DNA of 64,000 nucleotides from Planctomycetota bacterium (lineage in GTDB: Bacteria; Planctomycetota; PLA2; JAEUHO01). Positions within the stretch are counted from its first letter, which is position 1; each line of letters starts with the position of its first letter. The notes under the pieces are model-generated. The model saw only the letters and a program-made list of their open reading frames with translations, made no database searches and was not told where the DNA came from. This document shows positions 38,029-47,475 of the stretch, in pieces. The position numbers and the translations under genes were made by a program. The DNA lies in the NCBI GenBank assembly GCA_965223505.1, contig CBDCWP010000012.1, positions 64,001-128,000 on the forward strand, given 5' to 3'.

Positions 38029-41000
38029 ATGGACCGTGTTGGCATCGGCGCCGTTGCGCTGTTGGTTGCGTTTGGATTGCTCGGTGGTTGCGCCGGCGGG
38101 GAGGAGGCCGTTCTCGGCCTCGGCACGCTGACGGTCACGGGCTACTCGAGTCCGACCCCGGCTCTCATTCCGGAGATCGACACGATCACGGGCGCCGGGT
38201 TTCAGGAACTGGTCGGCACCCCCTGCACCGTGCGCTACACGGCGGTCGGCGGCGCAACGATCTTCGACGGCGGCCGCTCCGACACGGTGGACGTCATCGG
38301 CACCATCACGTCGCCGACGACCTGCCAGTGCACGTCACCCATCGCCGACATCTGCGGTCCGACGAGCGTATTCGCGTTCGTGACGATCATCCTTCCGAGC
38401 GGCGTCTTCGGCACCTCGACGGTCCCGATCGCCGAGTTCGTGGCGCCGACCGCGGTCTCCATCGCCGGGCCCGGGGGCGGTACCGTGTTTCCGGCGGCCG
38501 TTCCGAGCGCCTTCGTCATCACGGGCACGGGCTTCGGGCCGATCGGCGGCGAAGTCTCCATCACGTGGACCAGCGGCAGCGCTCTGTTCGAGGCGGGTGC
38601 CAGCCAGACCACGCAAACGAAGGGGATCATCACCAGCGCGACGACGATCGCCGGCGTCAGCCCGCTCGCGCTCGTATGCGGTGTCGCGTCGATCGCGGCG
38701 AGCATCACGAACGTGCAGTTCGACAAGAATACGATCTGCACGCCCACCGGAACGAACATCCCCGTCTCGTTCACAGCGCCGACGGTGACGACCGTCTTGA
38801 ACGCGGGGGTTGCGCCCTACGTCGGATCGCCCAACTTCGCTGCGGCCGTCGCCGAGCCGTTCACCGTCAACGGCACCGGCTTCGGCCCTCTCGGCGGTAC
38901 GGTGGAGATCACGTTCAATTCCCAGGTCGTCGGGCCGGTGTACAACGGCGGCACGTCGCCGACGACGACCGTCTTGGGGACGATCACCTCCTCCTCCACC
39001 ATCGCCGCCGATTTCAGTCCGCTACCAGCGATCTGTACCGCGCCGAGCGATCTGCAGAGCGTCATGGTCACGATGCCGGATGGTGCCTGCTCCCAGCCCA
39101 CGGGCACCGCGACGTTCATTGCACCGACGATCCAGAGCATTGCGAATCTCGACCGGCCGACGCCTCTTCGTTTCTCGTTTTTCGGTAGGTTCTTCGGAAA
39201 CATCTCCGATCGGTTCGAGATCGTCGGAACCGACTTCGGCCCGGTCGGAGGTACGGCGTTCGTGACCTTCACCGTCGACACCGCTCTCAGTCCGGTTCCC
39301 GCGACTCCGTTCGAAGGCGGAACGAGCCTCACGACGACCGTCGAAGCAACGATCACGTCGCGCACGACGATGGAGGGCATGAGTCCTCTCGCCGTGATCG
39401 GACGCGAGCTGACGGATACCAACAACACCTCTACCGTCTGCGTCACCGCGGGGTTTTCGACCGACATCAGCTTCGTGCTCGAGGGCGGTAGCTGTCCGCC
39501 CGTGCCCCTGAACGATCCCCAGGGCGGACTCGACTTCGTCGCGCCCGGCCCGGTCTTCAACCCGCTCGGGGTGAACGACGTGCCGTCCACGATTCTCCTC
39601 GGGGCCAACGATCCGGAGCCGTTCACGCTCACGGGCGACGGGTTCGGGCCCCCTGGATCGATCGCCATGGTGACGTTTTCCGACCCGGGCAATGCCGTGT
39701 TCAACGGCGCCGACAGCATCACGGTCCCCGCGGTCGTCACCAACGTGAGCACGCTCAACGGCAGGCTGCCCACGATTACGGCGCCTCGGCTGGCGGAAGA
39801 CGTGGGCGTGCGCGTCGTGGTGACCGTGTTCAACGGAAGCTTCTCGTGGTGCGACCAGGTCGTGAATTTCGTCGCACCGCCCACGATCACGTCGCTGACC
39901 TCGACGCGCCAGCCGTTCGATCAGAACGCGCCGGCCGTGGCGCTGACGACGAGGTGGCTCGGCTGCGTGGGCTCCGACACGACGATCAGCGGCAACGCCT
40001 TCGATCCGGCGATCACGGATCTCTGGTACGACCAGGTGCTGGGGGATGCCTTCCCGATCGGCGCCGGGCTGCTCGGGACGATTCCGGAGCCGACCGCGAC
40101 CGCCCCCGGGCCGGGCACGCTTCGCACGGTGACCGACAACTTGTTCCCCGTGGCCGACACCATCAACGGTCTGAGTCCCGTGGACAACACGTTGACCAAG
40201 GACACCCTGACCACGCTGCGCGTCGTCAACCCGGACGGTCAGTTCGACATGCGAACCAGCCTTACCTTCGCGACGACCGGGGTCATGCCGAACGTGAACG
40301 CCGGACCGGACGGCGGCGTGAACTCCGAGATGCAGATCGCGGTCAACCCGACCAACGTGCTCAACGCGGCGGTCTGCGCGCATGACCTGTCCACCGTGAA
40401 CGGACAGTTCTCGAACCAGATCTACCACTCCTACACGTTGGACGGCGGCGACACCTGGGTGCAGTTCCCGATCGGACCGGATACGACAGCCGCGCCCGAC
40501 GGCCTCGGCCCCGCGCCGCGCGTTTTCCGGTTCGACCCGATGTGCGCGTTCGACGCCTTCGGAAACTACTACGCGATCTATCTCGCCGACGACAACGAGG
40601 ACGAGAGCACGCGCTTCTGCGTCGCGCAGCAGAGCGCCGACGGCGGTGCGTCGTTCGGCAACGTGCGGTTGATGGCGTTCCCAGCCGTACCGGGGCTGGA
40701 TCGCGAGACCGTTGCCACCGGGCCCGATGCGGCGGTGCCGGGCAACCAGGCCGTGTACGTCGGTATCGAGGACCTCGGCACGCAGGACCAACTGTGTGCG
40801 GGCTTCACGGTGCCCGGGCTGGGCTTGATCGGAGCGGACTACCCATCCGTCATCGTCAACGACGGCGCTCCGGTAGGTGGGTTCGCGCACGCAACGCCGT
40901 CCGTGGGGCCGAACGGGGAGCTGTACTTCAGCTTCATCGAGTCGAGCGGCATCTGGCCTGCGGCGACGACCTCGACGATCTGGTTCGACACGGACATCGA

Positions 41001-41667
41001 CGGTCTCGGCGGCGCCGCATTCACATTCGGCACGGACGTAGCGGTGGCGACCACCGTCAACCCCGGTCGCCGCATCGACAACGGCCAGTACCTGCCGCAG
41101 CCGAGCCGGGGCAAAGGGCTCATTCCGATGAGCCAGGTGTTGCTGGCCGGTCCGAACGCCGGACGCGTGGTCATCTGCTGGACGGACATGCTCACCGACC
41201 CCGGTCGCACCGTGCTAGACACGACGGTGATGAGCCAGTACTCGGACGACAACGGTGCGACCTGGAGCACGCCGCTGCCCGTGCACGGATTGCACTCGAA
41301 CTTCCAGTTCTTCCCTTGGATGGGCGTGGACGAGGTACGCGGCGACATCTACATCGGCTACTACGATACGCGCAACGACCCGGCCAACACGTCGACGGAG
41401 TGGATGATGGCCGCCTCCGAGGACGGGGTGCACTGGACCAACTCGTTCCTGGTCGCGCAGGCGCCCAGCCGAGCCGGCGCGTACGCGGGTGCGAACAACC
41501 GTGCGGACATGCTCGAGTACAACGGTGTCGCGGTGAGCGACGGGTGTGTGTACACGTGCTGGGCGGACAACGCGAATTTCACGGGCGACAATCCGGACGG
41601 AACGCTCAATGCGAGCGGTTGGGACGTGCTGACGAGCGTCTTGATGATCGACCCCGACGACAACTAG
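38029..41667 (+). CDS. Giant lipoprotein B: ~6 IPT/TIG-like repeats + Asp-box beta-propeller (paralog of A)
   Basis: Lipobox LGGC; colinear with A (SPTPALI.EIDTITG, IGAGLLGTIPEPTATAPGPGT, LEYNGV...DGCVY.CWADN). Confidence 0.85.
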   Translation: MDRVGIGAVALLVAFGLLGGCAGGEEAVLGLGTLTVTGYSSPTPALIPEIDTITGAGFQELVGTPCTVRYTAVGGATIFDGGRSDTVDVIGTITSPTTCQCTSPIADICGPTSVFAFVTIILPSGVFGTSTVPIAEFVAPTAVSIAGPGGGTVFPAAVPSAFVITGTGFGPIGGEVSITWTSGSALFEAGASQTTQTKGIITSATTIAGVSPLALVCGVASIAASITNVQFDKNTICTPTGTNIPVSFTAPTVTTVLNAGVAPYVGSPNFAAAVAEPFTVNGTGFGPLGGTVEITFNSQVVGPVYNGGTSPTTTVLGTITSSSTIAADFSPLPAICTAPSDLQSVMVTMPDGACSQPTGTATFIAPTIQSIANLDRPTPLRFSFFGRFFGNISDRFEIVGTDFGPVGGTAFVTFTVDTALSPVPATPFEGGTSLTTTVEATITSRTTMEGMSPLAVIGRELTDTNNTSTVCVTAGFSTDISFVLEGGSCPPVPLNDPQGGLDFVAPGPVFNPLGVNDVPSTILLGANDPEPFTLTGDGFGPPGSIAMVTFSDPGNAVFNGADSITVPAVVTNVSTLNGRLPTITAPRLAEDVGVRVVVTVFNGSFSWCDQVVNFVAPPTITSLTSTRQPFDQNAPAVALTTRWLGCVGSDTTISGNAFDPAITDLWYDQVLGDAFPIGAGLLGTIPEPTATAPGPGTLRTVTDNLFPVADTINGLSPVDNTLTKDTLTTLRVVNPDGQFDMRTSLTFATTGVMPNVNAGPDGGVNSEMQIAVNPTNVLNAAVCAHDLSTVNGQFSNQIYHSYTLDGGDTWVQFPIGPDTTAAPDGLGPAPRVFRFDPMCAFDAFGNYYAIYLADDNEDESTRFCVAQQSADGGASFGNVRLMAFPAVPGLDRETVATGPDAAVPGNQAVYVGIEDLGTQDQLCAGFTVPGLGLIGADYPSVIVNDGAPVGGFAHATPSVGPNGELYFSFIESSGIWPAATTSTIWFDTDIDGLGGAAFTFGTDVAVATTVNPGRRIDNGQYLPQPSRGKGLIPMSQVLLAGPNAGRVVICWTDMLTDPGRTVLDTTVMSQYSDDNGATWSTPLPVHGLHSNFQFFPWMGVDEVRGDIYIGYYDTRNDPANTSTEWMMAASEDGVHWTNSFLVAQAPSRAGAYAGANNRADMLEYNGVAVSDGCVYTCWADNANFTGDNPDGTLNASGWDVLTSVLMIDPDDN

Positions 41668-41688
41668 CCGAGGACGACCGAGCGAAGA

Positions 41689-42375
41689 CTACCGTTCGTC
41701 GCTTGGTTGTCGCGGTGAACCGTCCGACCGGGACAGCGAACCGCTGCCGACCAACGCGTCGAGCGTGCGCTCGAGCACCTGCTCCGGAACGAGCTTCGCG
41801 AGCTCGTCGCGGAAGGTCGCCTTCGCTTTGGCGAGCTCTTCGAGCTGCGCCTTCCGTTCGATGACGCCCCGGTCGCGCAGGTCCTGCCAGAACGTCGTCA
41901 TCCGGTCGCGATGCGCGAGGGCCAGTTGGATGACGCCCTCGCGTTCGTCGTCGGTCAACCGCAGATCGAGGCGATCGAGATTGCGCTCGGTGATCGTGCG
42001 GAACTGGCGTTGCCTGTCGCGGCGCTTCAGCTCCGTCAAGTGCGCCTTGAGGGCGTCGAGCGTTACATCGTCGAACTCGCTCGTCGCGGGCGGCACCAGA
42101 TCGCGCAACGCCGTCGAGTCGACCTTGCCCGGCTCCGGAAACGCGGCACGTATTCGGGACAGCTCTCCCTCGATGCTCTGCTGGCGCGCTTCGAGCTGCT
42201 GCAGCCGATCCGCGATCTCCCGCAACGGGTCCGGTCCCAGTCCCGGCTCTTCGACGCGATCGAAGTCCGGGTCCAGCGTCTCGGAGGAAGGGGCGTCTCG
42301 GATGACCGTGTCGTAGATCCCGATCGCAGCCGCCGCGATGACGACGTTGAGCAGCAGTGCGGGGAGCGGCTTCAT
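41689..42375 (-). CDS. Single-TM coiled-coil/helical protein (partner B)
   Basis: LLLNVVIAAAAIGIY anchor, coiled coil, C-terminus ELAKLVPEQV resembling DLRTVLPDEV of partner A. Confidence 0.75.
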   Translation of the reverse strand: MKPLPALLLNVVIAAAAIGIYDTVIRDAPSSETLDPDFDRVEEPGLGPDPLREIADRLQQLEARQQSIEGELSRIRAAFPEPGKVDSTALRDLVPPATSEFDDVTLDALKAHLTELKRRDRQRQFRTITERNLDRLDLRLTDDEREGVIQLALAHRDRMTTFWQDLRDRGVIERKAQLEELAKAKATFRDELAKLVPEQVLERTLDALVGSGSLSRSDGSPRQPSDER

Positions 42376-42744
42376 CGCGCCGCATCCTACCGATACGCCG
42401 ACCCGTCCGTCATCGACAAACGCACGAACAGGCTCCCCAGCGAGCTGCCCGCGTGAGACGCTAGGGTACTGTCCACGGACCCCTCGCACGCGTGCGGGCA
42501 ACTCCCGTCGGTGTCGTCATCGCCGACGAGTCGATGCCTTCCGAGCGCGTCCACGATCATCACCGGCAGCTCTTGCGCCTGCTCCGCGCCGACACGCGGC
42601 ACTGGGCGCACATCGGCAGCGTCGAGTCCGTGCGCTTTGGGCGGCACCATCGCAAGCAGGTGCACCTCTTCCGGCAGATCGGTCACGAGGACCTGCCGAA
42701 GCGGGCGTTGACCCTCGAAGACGCGCGGCCGCCGTAGGCGTTCG

Positions 42745-43737
42745 CTAAGGGCCCCGAAGCGCGTTCCAGGCGCCCGACGTCAGCAGCTTGAAGCGGCCGA
42801 GACTCAGGTCGGATCCGATGCACATGCGCGGCAGGGCCAGCGGGTCCGACTGCGCATCGACGAGGCCGTTCTCCGTGCTCACTGCCCAGTGCAGGCTCAG
42901 CGCCTTCACGGCGGCCTTCGCGCGAGCGTCGAAGTCCTCCGCTCGTCCGTTCGGGTACGCAAAGCAGGTCGGCGTCACGCCGACGCGCCGTGCGACCTCG
43001 GCGTGCGACAGGCGGACCTCGCTCTCCACCTGCGCGTCGTGCAGCCGGGAGAGCAGATCGTGTCGCGTCGTGTGACCGCCGAACGCGATCAGGCCCGTCT
43101 CGGCCAAGGCGCCGACGTCATGCCAGGACATGAGGGTGAACGGTCCCGGCTCCGGGTCGATGCCGAGCGCGTCGAGCAGCTGCTGAAGCTGCGCGTCCTT
43201 GTCCGGCGCGGGCAAGCGCTTGCAGTGCGTCAGCACCCGTTCGACGGCCTCCGCCTTGGCGCGTGCGTCCGCGAGCGAGAGCGTGCCGAGGTCCATGTGC
43301 GTCGCGTCGAGCCATGCAGCATCGGTCTGTTGCAGGGCGAGATACACCCGGTCGGGCCAGAGCGCCTTGTTCGTTCCGACGAAGCCCGTCACCAGGAAGA
43401 TCGTGGCCGGCAGGCCGAGCTCCTGCAGAACCGGCAGAGCGACGGTGCGGTTGTTCAGGAACCCGTCGTCGAAGGTGATGGCGCACGACCGCTCCGGCAG
43501 CGTGCCGTCCGCGAGGTGGCGCAGCGCGTCGCCGAGCGGCAGTACCTCGTAGTTGCGCTTGACGTAGCGGAGCTGCTCCCGGAACGCATCGACCGGCAGC
43601 ATGTGCCAGCAGAAGGGGTCGAGCGCCTGCTCGACCACGCCGTGGTACATGAGGATCAAGAGGCTTCGGCGGTTCCGACGCCGGAACCAGCCCGGCAGCC
43701 CCGACGCGCACAACACACGGTCCGCGACGCTTCTCAC
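42745..43737 (-). CDS. Polysaccharide deacetylase (NodB/CE4)
   Basis: LMYHGV, ITFDDGF, GGHTTRH, FAYPNG; GTGA overlap with the upstream gene. Confidence 0.9.
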   Translation of the reverse strand: MRSVADRVLCASGLPGWFRRRNRRSLLILMYHGVVEQALDPFCWHMLPVDAFREQLRYVKRNYEVLPLGDALRHLADGTLPERSCAITFDDGFLNNRTVALPVLQELGLPATIFLVTGFVGTNKALWPDRVYLALQQTDAAWLDATHMDLGTLSLADARAKAEAVERVLTHCKRLPAPDKDAQLQQLLDALGIDPEPGPFTLMSWHDVGALAETGLIAFGGHTTRHDLLSRLHDAQVESEVRLSHAEVARRVGVTPTCFAYPNGRAEDFDARAKAAVKALSLHWAVSTENGLVDAQSDPLALPRMCIGSDLSLGRFKLLTSGAWNALRGP

Positions 43738-44957
43738 GCGACACCTCGCGCCGACGCCTCGGCCAGCACGTTCCAGACGCCGGCCTGGATGGGCGCGATG
43801 CGGTCCCACTCGTAGTGTTCCATCACACGCATGTGTCCCGTCATCGCCCGCGCCTTCGCCGCCGCGGGGTTGGCCATCGCCTCCGCCAGCGCATCCGCGA
43901 ACGCCTCCGCTCCGTCGGCCAGCACGATGCCGTCGCCCAGATCCAGGCCTTCCGCGCCGACGGTCGTCGAGACCACCGGCCGTTCCATCGCAAGCGCCTC
44001 GCAGATCTTCAGCCGCGACCCGCCACCGATGCGCAGCGGTACCGCGCACACGGCCGCGCGCGCCACGAACGGGCGCACGTCCGGCACGCTGCCGTGCACG
44101 TCGACGCCCTCGAGCGTCCGAACGCGCTCGAGGAGCCACTGCGGCGCGTTGCGTCCGACCACCTGCAGCACCGCGCGGGGCTCGCGCTCGCGCAGGGGCG
44201 CCAGCACCTCGTCCAGGAACCACGACACCGCGTCGAGGTTGGGCCGCCAGTCGAGGGAGCCGACGAACAGGATCTCGTGCGGTCGCACTGCGACCTCGGG
44301 ATCCGGCGCGAAGTAGGAGGCGTTCACGCCGTTGGGAACGACGGTCACGTGCTCTTGACCGGCCCAACTCCGAATTCGATCGGCGTCGTTGTCGCTCACC
44401 GCCGTGACCGCGTGCGCCGCGGCGAGCGTCTTGCGCTCGAAGCTGCGTACCTTGCGAAGCTGGATCGAGATGTAGCGCCGGCGCGCGAACGAGGTCTCGT
44501 TCTCCAGATAACGCGCCCAGATGTCGCTCTCGACGTTGTGCGCCGCCACGCAGACCGGAACGCGCGTGCCGGGTGGGAGGTTGGCCGCGAGCGGCGTCCA
44601 TTCGACGTGCACCGCATCCGGTTTCCAGCTCGTGATCTGCTCGCGCACTGCGGCGCGCAGCGCCTTGGTTCGATGCGCCATGACCATGTACGGTACGGGC
44701 AGCGCCAGGTTGCGGGCCAGGTCCCACGCGAACCGGGCGCCGCCCTTCTTCAGCGGCTTCCGCGCAACGGGAAACGGCTCGATGTCGGCCGCACGCGCTG
44801 CCTCGACCTCGGCAGGCGGCGTTCCGCCGTCGTCGCTGTACACCAGCTTGATCTCGAAGTGCTCGGCGAGACGCCGGAGCAGCTCCCACGTGCGAATGCG
44901 CTTGCCCGAGTCCGGCGGACGCGGCAACGCTTCGTCGATGACGAGGATGCGCGTCAC
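43734..44957 (-). CDS. Glycosyltransferase family 4
   Basis: HNVES, VPNGV, FVGSLDWRPN, PLRIGGGSRLKICEALAM. Confidence 0.92.
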   Translation of the reverse strand: MTRILVIDEALPRPPDSGKRIRTWELLRRLAEHFEIKLVYSDDGGTPPAEVEAARAADIEPFPVARKPLKKGGARFAWDLARNLALPVPYMVMAHRTKALRAAVREQITSWKPDAVHVEWTPLAANLPPGTRVPVCVAAHNVESDIWARYLENETSFARRRYISIQLRKVRSFERKTLAAAHAVTAVSDNDADRIRSWAGQEHVTVVPNGVNASYFAPDPEVAVRPHEILFVGSLDWRPNLDAVSWFLDEVLAPLREREPRAVLQVVGRNAPQWLLERVRTLEGVDVHGSVPDVRPFVARAAVCAVPLRIGGGSRLKICEALAMERPVVSTTVGAEGLDLGDGIVLADGAEAFADALAEAMANPAAAKARAMTGHMRVMEHYEWDRIAPIQAGVWNVLAEASARGVA

Positions 44958-46318
44958 GGAAGCGGCACCCGGCTGATCATGTACCGCACCTTGCCGTTCG
45001 GCTCGGGCGCGATCTCGTCCACGCGGTGCGCCCGGATCTCGAGCTCGCCGTCGAAGAAACGTCGCAGCAGGTCCAGGTACGCATCCAGATGCCGGGGTTC
45101 GAAATTCGTGGCGGGCACCCAGTTCACGTCGAGCGTACGCGGATCGCTCTGCACCAGCTGCACGTCGAGGATGCCCATCGCATCCTGCTGGATGCCGCGT
45201 ACGTCCATCGAGACGCCCGGCACGATCCGGCCGGACGGCAACACGAAGCAGTCGCTCTCGCGACCTTCGAGTCGCGCGAGAACGGGCCGCGGGTCGCCGC
45301 ACCGGCACGGCGTATCGCCCAACGCCCCCCGATCTCCGATCTCGAACCGAATCATCGGGAACGCGTCGTTGAGCAGGTCCGTGACGAGCAGCCGGCCGTC
45401 GTCGGTGGTCTCGACGACCGACCCGGCGGTGTTGAGGTGCAGGACGTGCTCTGCAGCGCACTCCGAAGCGATCCACCCGAGCTCGCGCGCGCCGTAGAAC
45501 GTCAAGACGTTTGCGTTGAGCGCCGCGCCGATCCGTTCGCGTTGATCGTCGTACGCCGGCTCGGCCGTCAGGACCACCAACGGAATGTGCAGCGACGCGT
45601 TCCGCTCGACCAGCCGGCGCGCGAGCAGGTCCGTCGAGCTGGGGTAGCCCTGCAACACGTGCGGGCGGAACTTGCGCAGCGTGTTGACGTAGCGGTCGAG
45701 GGTCTCGGCGTCCAGCGACTGCCCCGGCAGCCCGATGCAGCGCTCGACGTGCCAGTCGATCAGGTCCGACTTCACGCGCCGCCAGCCCTCGAGGTCGGTC
45801 GCCAGGTCGCCGAGGGCGCCCCACAGGTACACCGAACGCGAGCCGTCGAACCAGCCCATCAGGCGCTGCAGCGCCATCGTCTGCGCGTTCTTGCGGTCGA
45901 TCGTGTCCTGGGTCTGGAAGAACGGCACCGGCTCGCCCGTCGTACCGCCCGACGTGGCCCGCACGAGCTTCGTCGTTCCGATGGCGGACGAGGCGATGTC
46001 GTCCGCGTGCTCGATCACCTGGGCCTTGGTCAGCGCGGGCAACGCGCCGAGATCGTCGATCGACGTCACCGCGCCCGCATCGAAGCCCGCCTCGTCCATG
46101 CGCCGACGATGGAAGGGCGACGAGGCGTACGCGTGGACGAGCAGCGCGCGCAGGTCCTCGAGCTGGCGCGCCGCGAGCTCGTCGGCGGCGAGCCGGTAGC
46201 GCGCCTCGTACTCGGGCACGTACTTGCGTGCGTGACTCCCGCGCCAACGATCGAGCATGGGAATGACGATGCGGCTGAAGAACCGAGCGGCGCCGCGCGT
46301 GGGGGGGCCGTCCGCCAT
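44954..46318 (-). CDS. CapK / phenylacetate-CoA ligase-like adenylate-forming enzyme
   Basis: TSGGTTGEP, GYPSS, YGARE, TDLLNDAFPMIRFEIGD, GRESD, NGKVR. Confidence 0.88.
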   Translation of the reverse strand: MADGPPTRGAARFFSRIVIPMLDRWRGSHARKYVPEYEARYRLAADELAARQLEDLRALLVHAYASSPFHRRRMDEAGFDAGAVTSIDDLGALPALTKAQVIEHADDIASSAIGTTKLVRATSGGTTGEPVPFFQTQDTIDRKNAQTMALQRLMGWFDGSRSVYLWGALGDLATDLEGWRRVKSDLIDWHVERCIGLPGQSLDAETLDRYVNTLRKFRPHVLQGYPSSTDLLARRLVERNASLHIPLVVLTAEPAYDDQRERIGAALNANVLTFYGARELGWIASECAAEHVLHLNTAGSVVETTDDGRLLVTDLLNDAFPMIRFEIGDRGALGDTPCRCGDPRPVLARLEGRESDCFVLPSGRIVPGVSMDVRGIQQDAMGILDVQLVQSDPRTLDVNWVPATNFEPRHLDAYLDLLRRFFDGELEIRAHRVDEIAPEPNGKVRYMISRVPLP

Positions 46319-47355
46319 CAGGCCGTTCGCTCCACGGCCTCCGGCAGCGACGAGAGCCGGCCTCTGAGGTATCCGCAGCCCAGACCCGCGTGAATCGTCG
46401 CGAAGACGAGCGGCAGGAGCGGGAGGAGCGACCATCCTCGCTTGGCCGCCGTGATCGCCGATGCCGCGAGCGACAGGACGAGGTAGAGCGTCCACGGTCC
46501 GGTGATCGGCCAGTGCCAAGGCGCCGGGAGGATCAACCCGATCGGAAACAGCACCAGTCCGACGACGAACGCCGCGGGGACGAGCGACTCGAGCGTGAAG
46601 GCCTCGGGGTGCTTGGCGTGCAGGCGCGCGCGGCCCAGGCCGTAGCGGAACATCTGCTTGAAGAGCCCGCCGAGCGTGCGCCGCGGCTCGTACGCGACCG
46701 CCAGCTTGGGGCTCGTCCAGCAGACGAGGCCCGCCTGCTCGACGCGGTAGTTGAACTCGACGTCCTCGCATGCGTCGAAGGCGGGGTCGAAGTTCCCGAC
46801 CTTGCGGAAGACGGTGCGGCGGTACATGGCGCCGGCGCTCACCGGGCTGACCTGGCGTTCGCCCTTGTCGAAGATCGTCGAGCGCAGGCTGTGGCCGAAC
46901 GGCGAGCTGCGGCCCGCGGCGATCGCTCGTGTCAGCGTGTCGCCCTCGTCGCTCTGCAGCGGCTGCGGACGCGAAAGCGCGTCGGCCTGCGTGCGAGCGA
47001 ACAGGTCCACCATGTCGGTGAGCAGGGTCTTGCTGGGAATGCGGCAGTGTCCGTCGACGTACAGGAGAAAACGGCCGTACGCGTTCTCCGCGCCCAGCGC
47101 GCGCGCCGCGGACGACAGCCGGCGGGGGTTGGACAGCAGGCGCACCCGCGGATCTCTCTCGGCGACGGCTTCGACACGCGCGACCGTGTCGTCTTCGCTC
47201 TCGCCGTCGACGACGATGATCTCCATCGTGAGGCCGTCCAGCTCCTGGGCCTGGAGGTCCTCCAGCACGGCCCTGATGTGGCGCCCTTCGTTGCGCACGG
47301 GCAGGATCACGCTCACGTCCGGCCTCTTCGTGTCGGCTTGCGGCGCTGCCTGCAT
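46318..47355 (-). CDS. Glycosyltransferase family 2 (ExoA-like)
   Basis: SVILPVRNE, VDGESED, VDGH, CEDVEFNYR, QMFRYG. Confidence 0.9.
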   Translation of the reverse strand: MQAAPQADTKRPDVSVILPVRNEGRHIRAVLEDLQAQELDGLTMEIIVVDGESEDDTVARVEAVAERDPRVRLLSNPRRLSSAARALGAENAYGRFLLYVDGHCRIPSKTLLTDMVDLFARTQADALSRPQPLQSDEGDTLTRAIAAGRSSPFGHSLRSTIFDKGERQVSPVSAGAMYRRTVFRKVGNFDPAFDACEDVEFNYRVEQAGLVCWTSPKLAVAYEPRRTLGGLFKQMFRYGLGRARLHAKHPEAFTLESLVPAAFVVGLVLFPIGLILPAPWHWPITGPWTLYLVLSLAASAITAAKRGWSLLPLLPLVFATIHAGLGCGYLRGRLSSLPEAVERTA

Positions 47356-47475
47356 GGTCGTCGTCGAGCGTAGCACGTGTTATTCCGGGCCCTCAGCGGC
47401 AAGATCAAGGCGTTGATCGGCCGATGTAGAGGTACGTAGCATCTCCTCTCTATCGGCAGAAACCGGGAGCCTCCC

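Noticed and set aside
33104..41667. Diversity-generating retroelement or recent gene conversion between the paralogs
   Set aside because: No reverse transcriptase; the paralogs differ throughout, including synonymous sites, with no adenine-specific TR/VR pair evident.
42492..42737. Short His-rich + strand ORF (67-81 aa)
   Set aside because: It fills a gap and may be a gene remnant, but has no clear RBS or recognisable motif; too weak to call.
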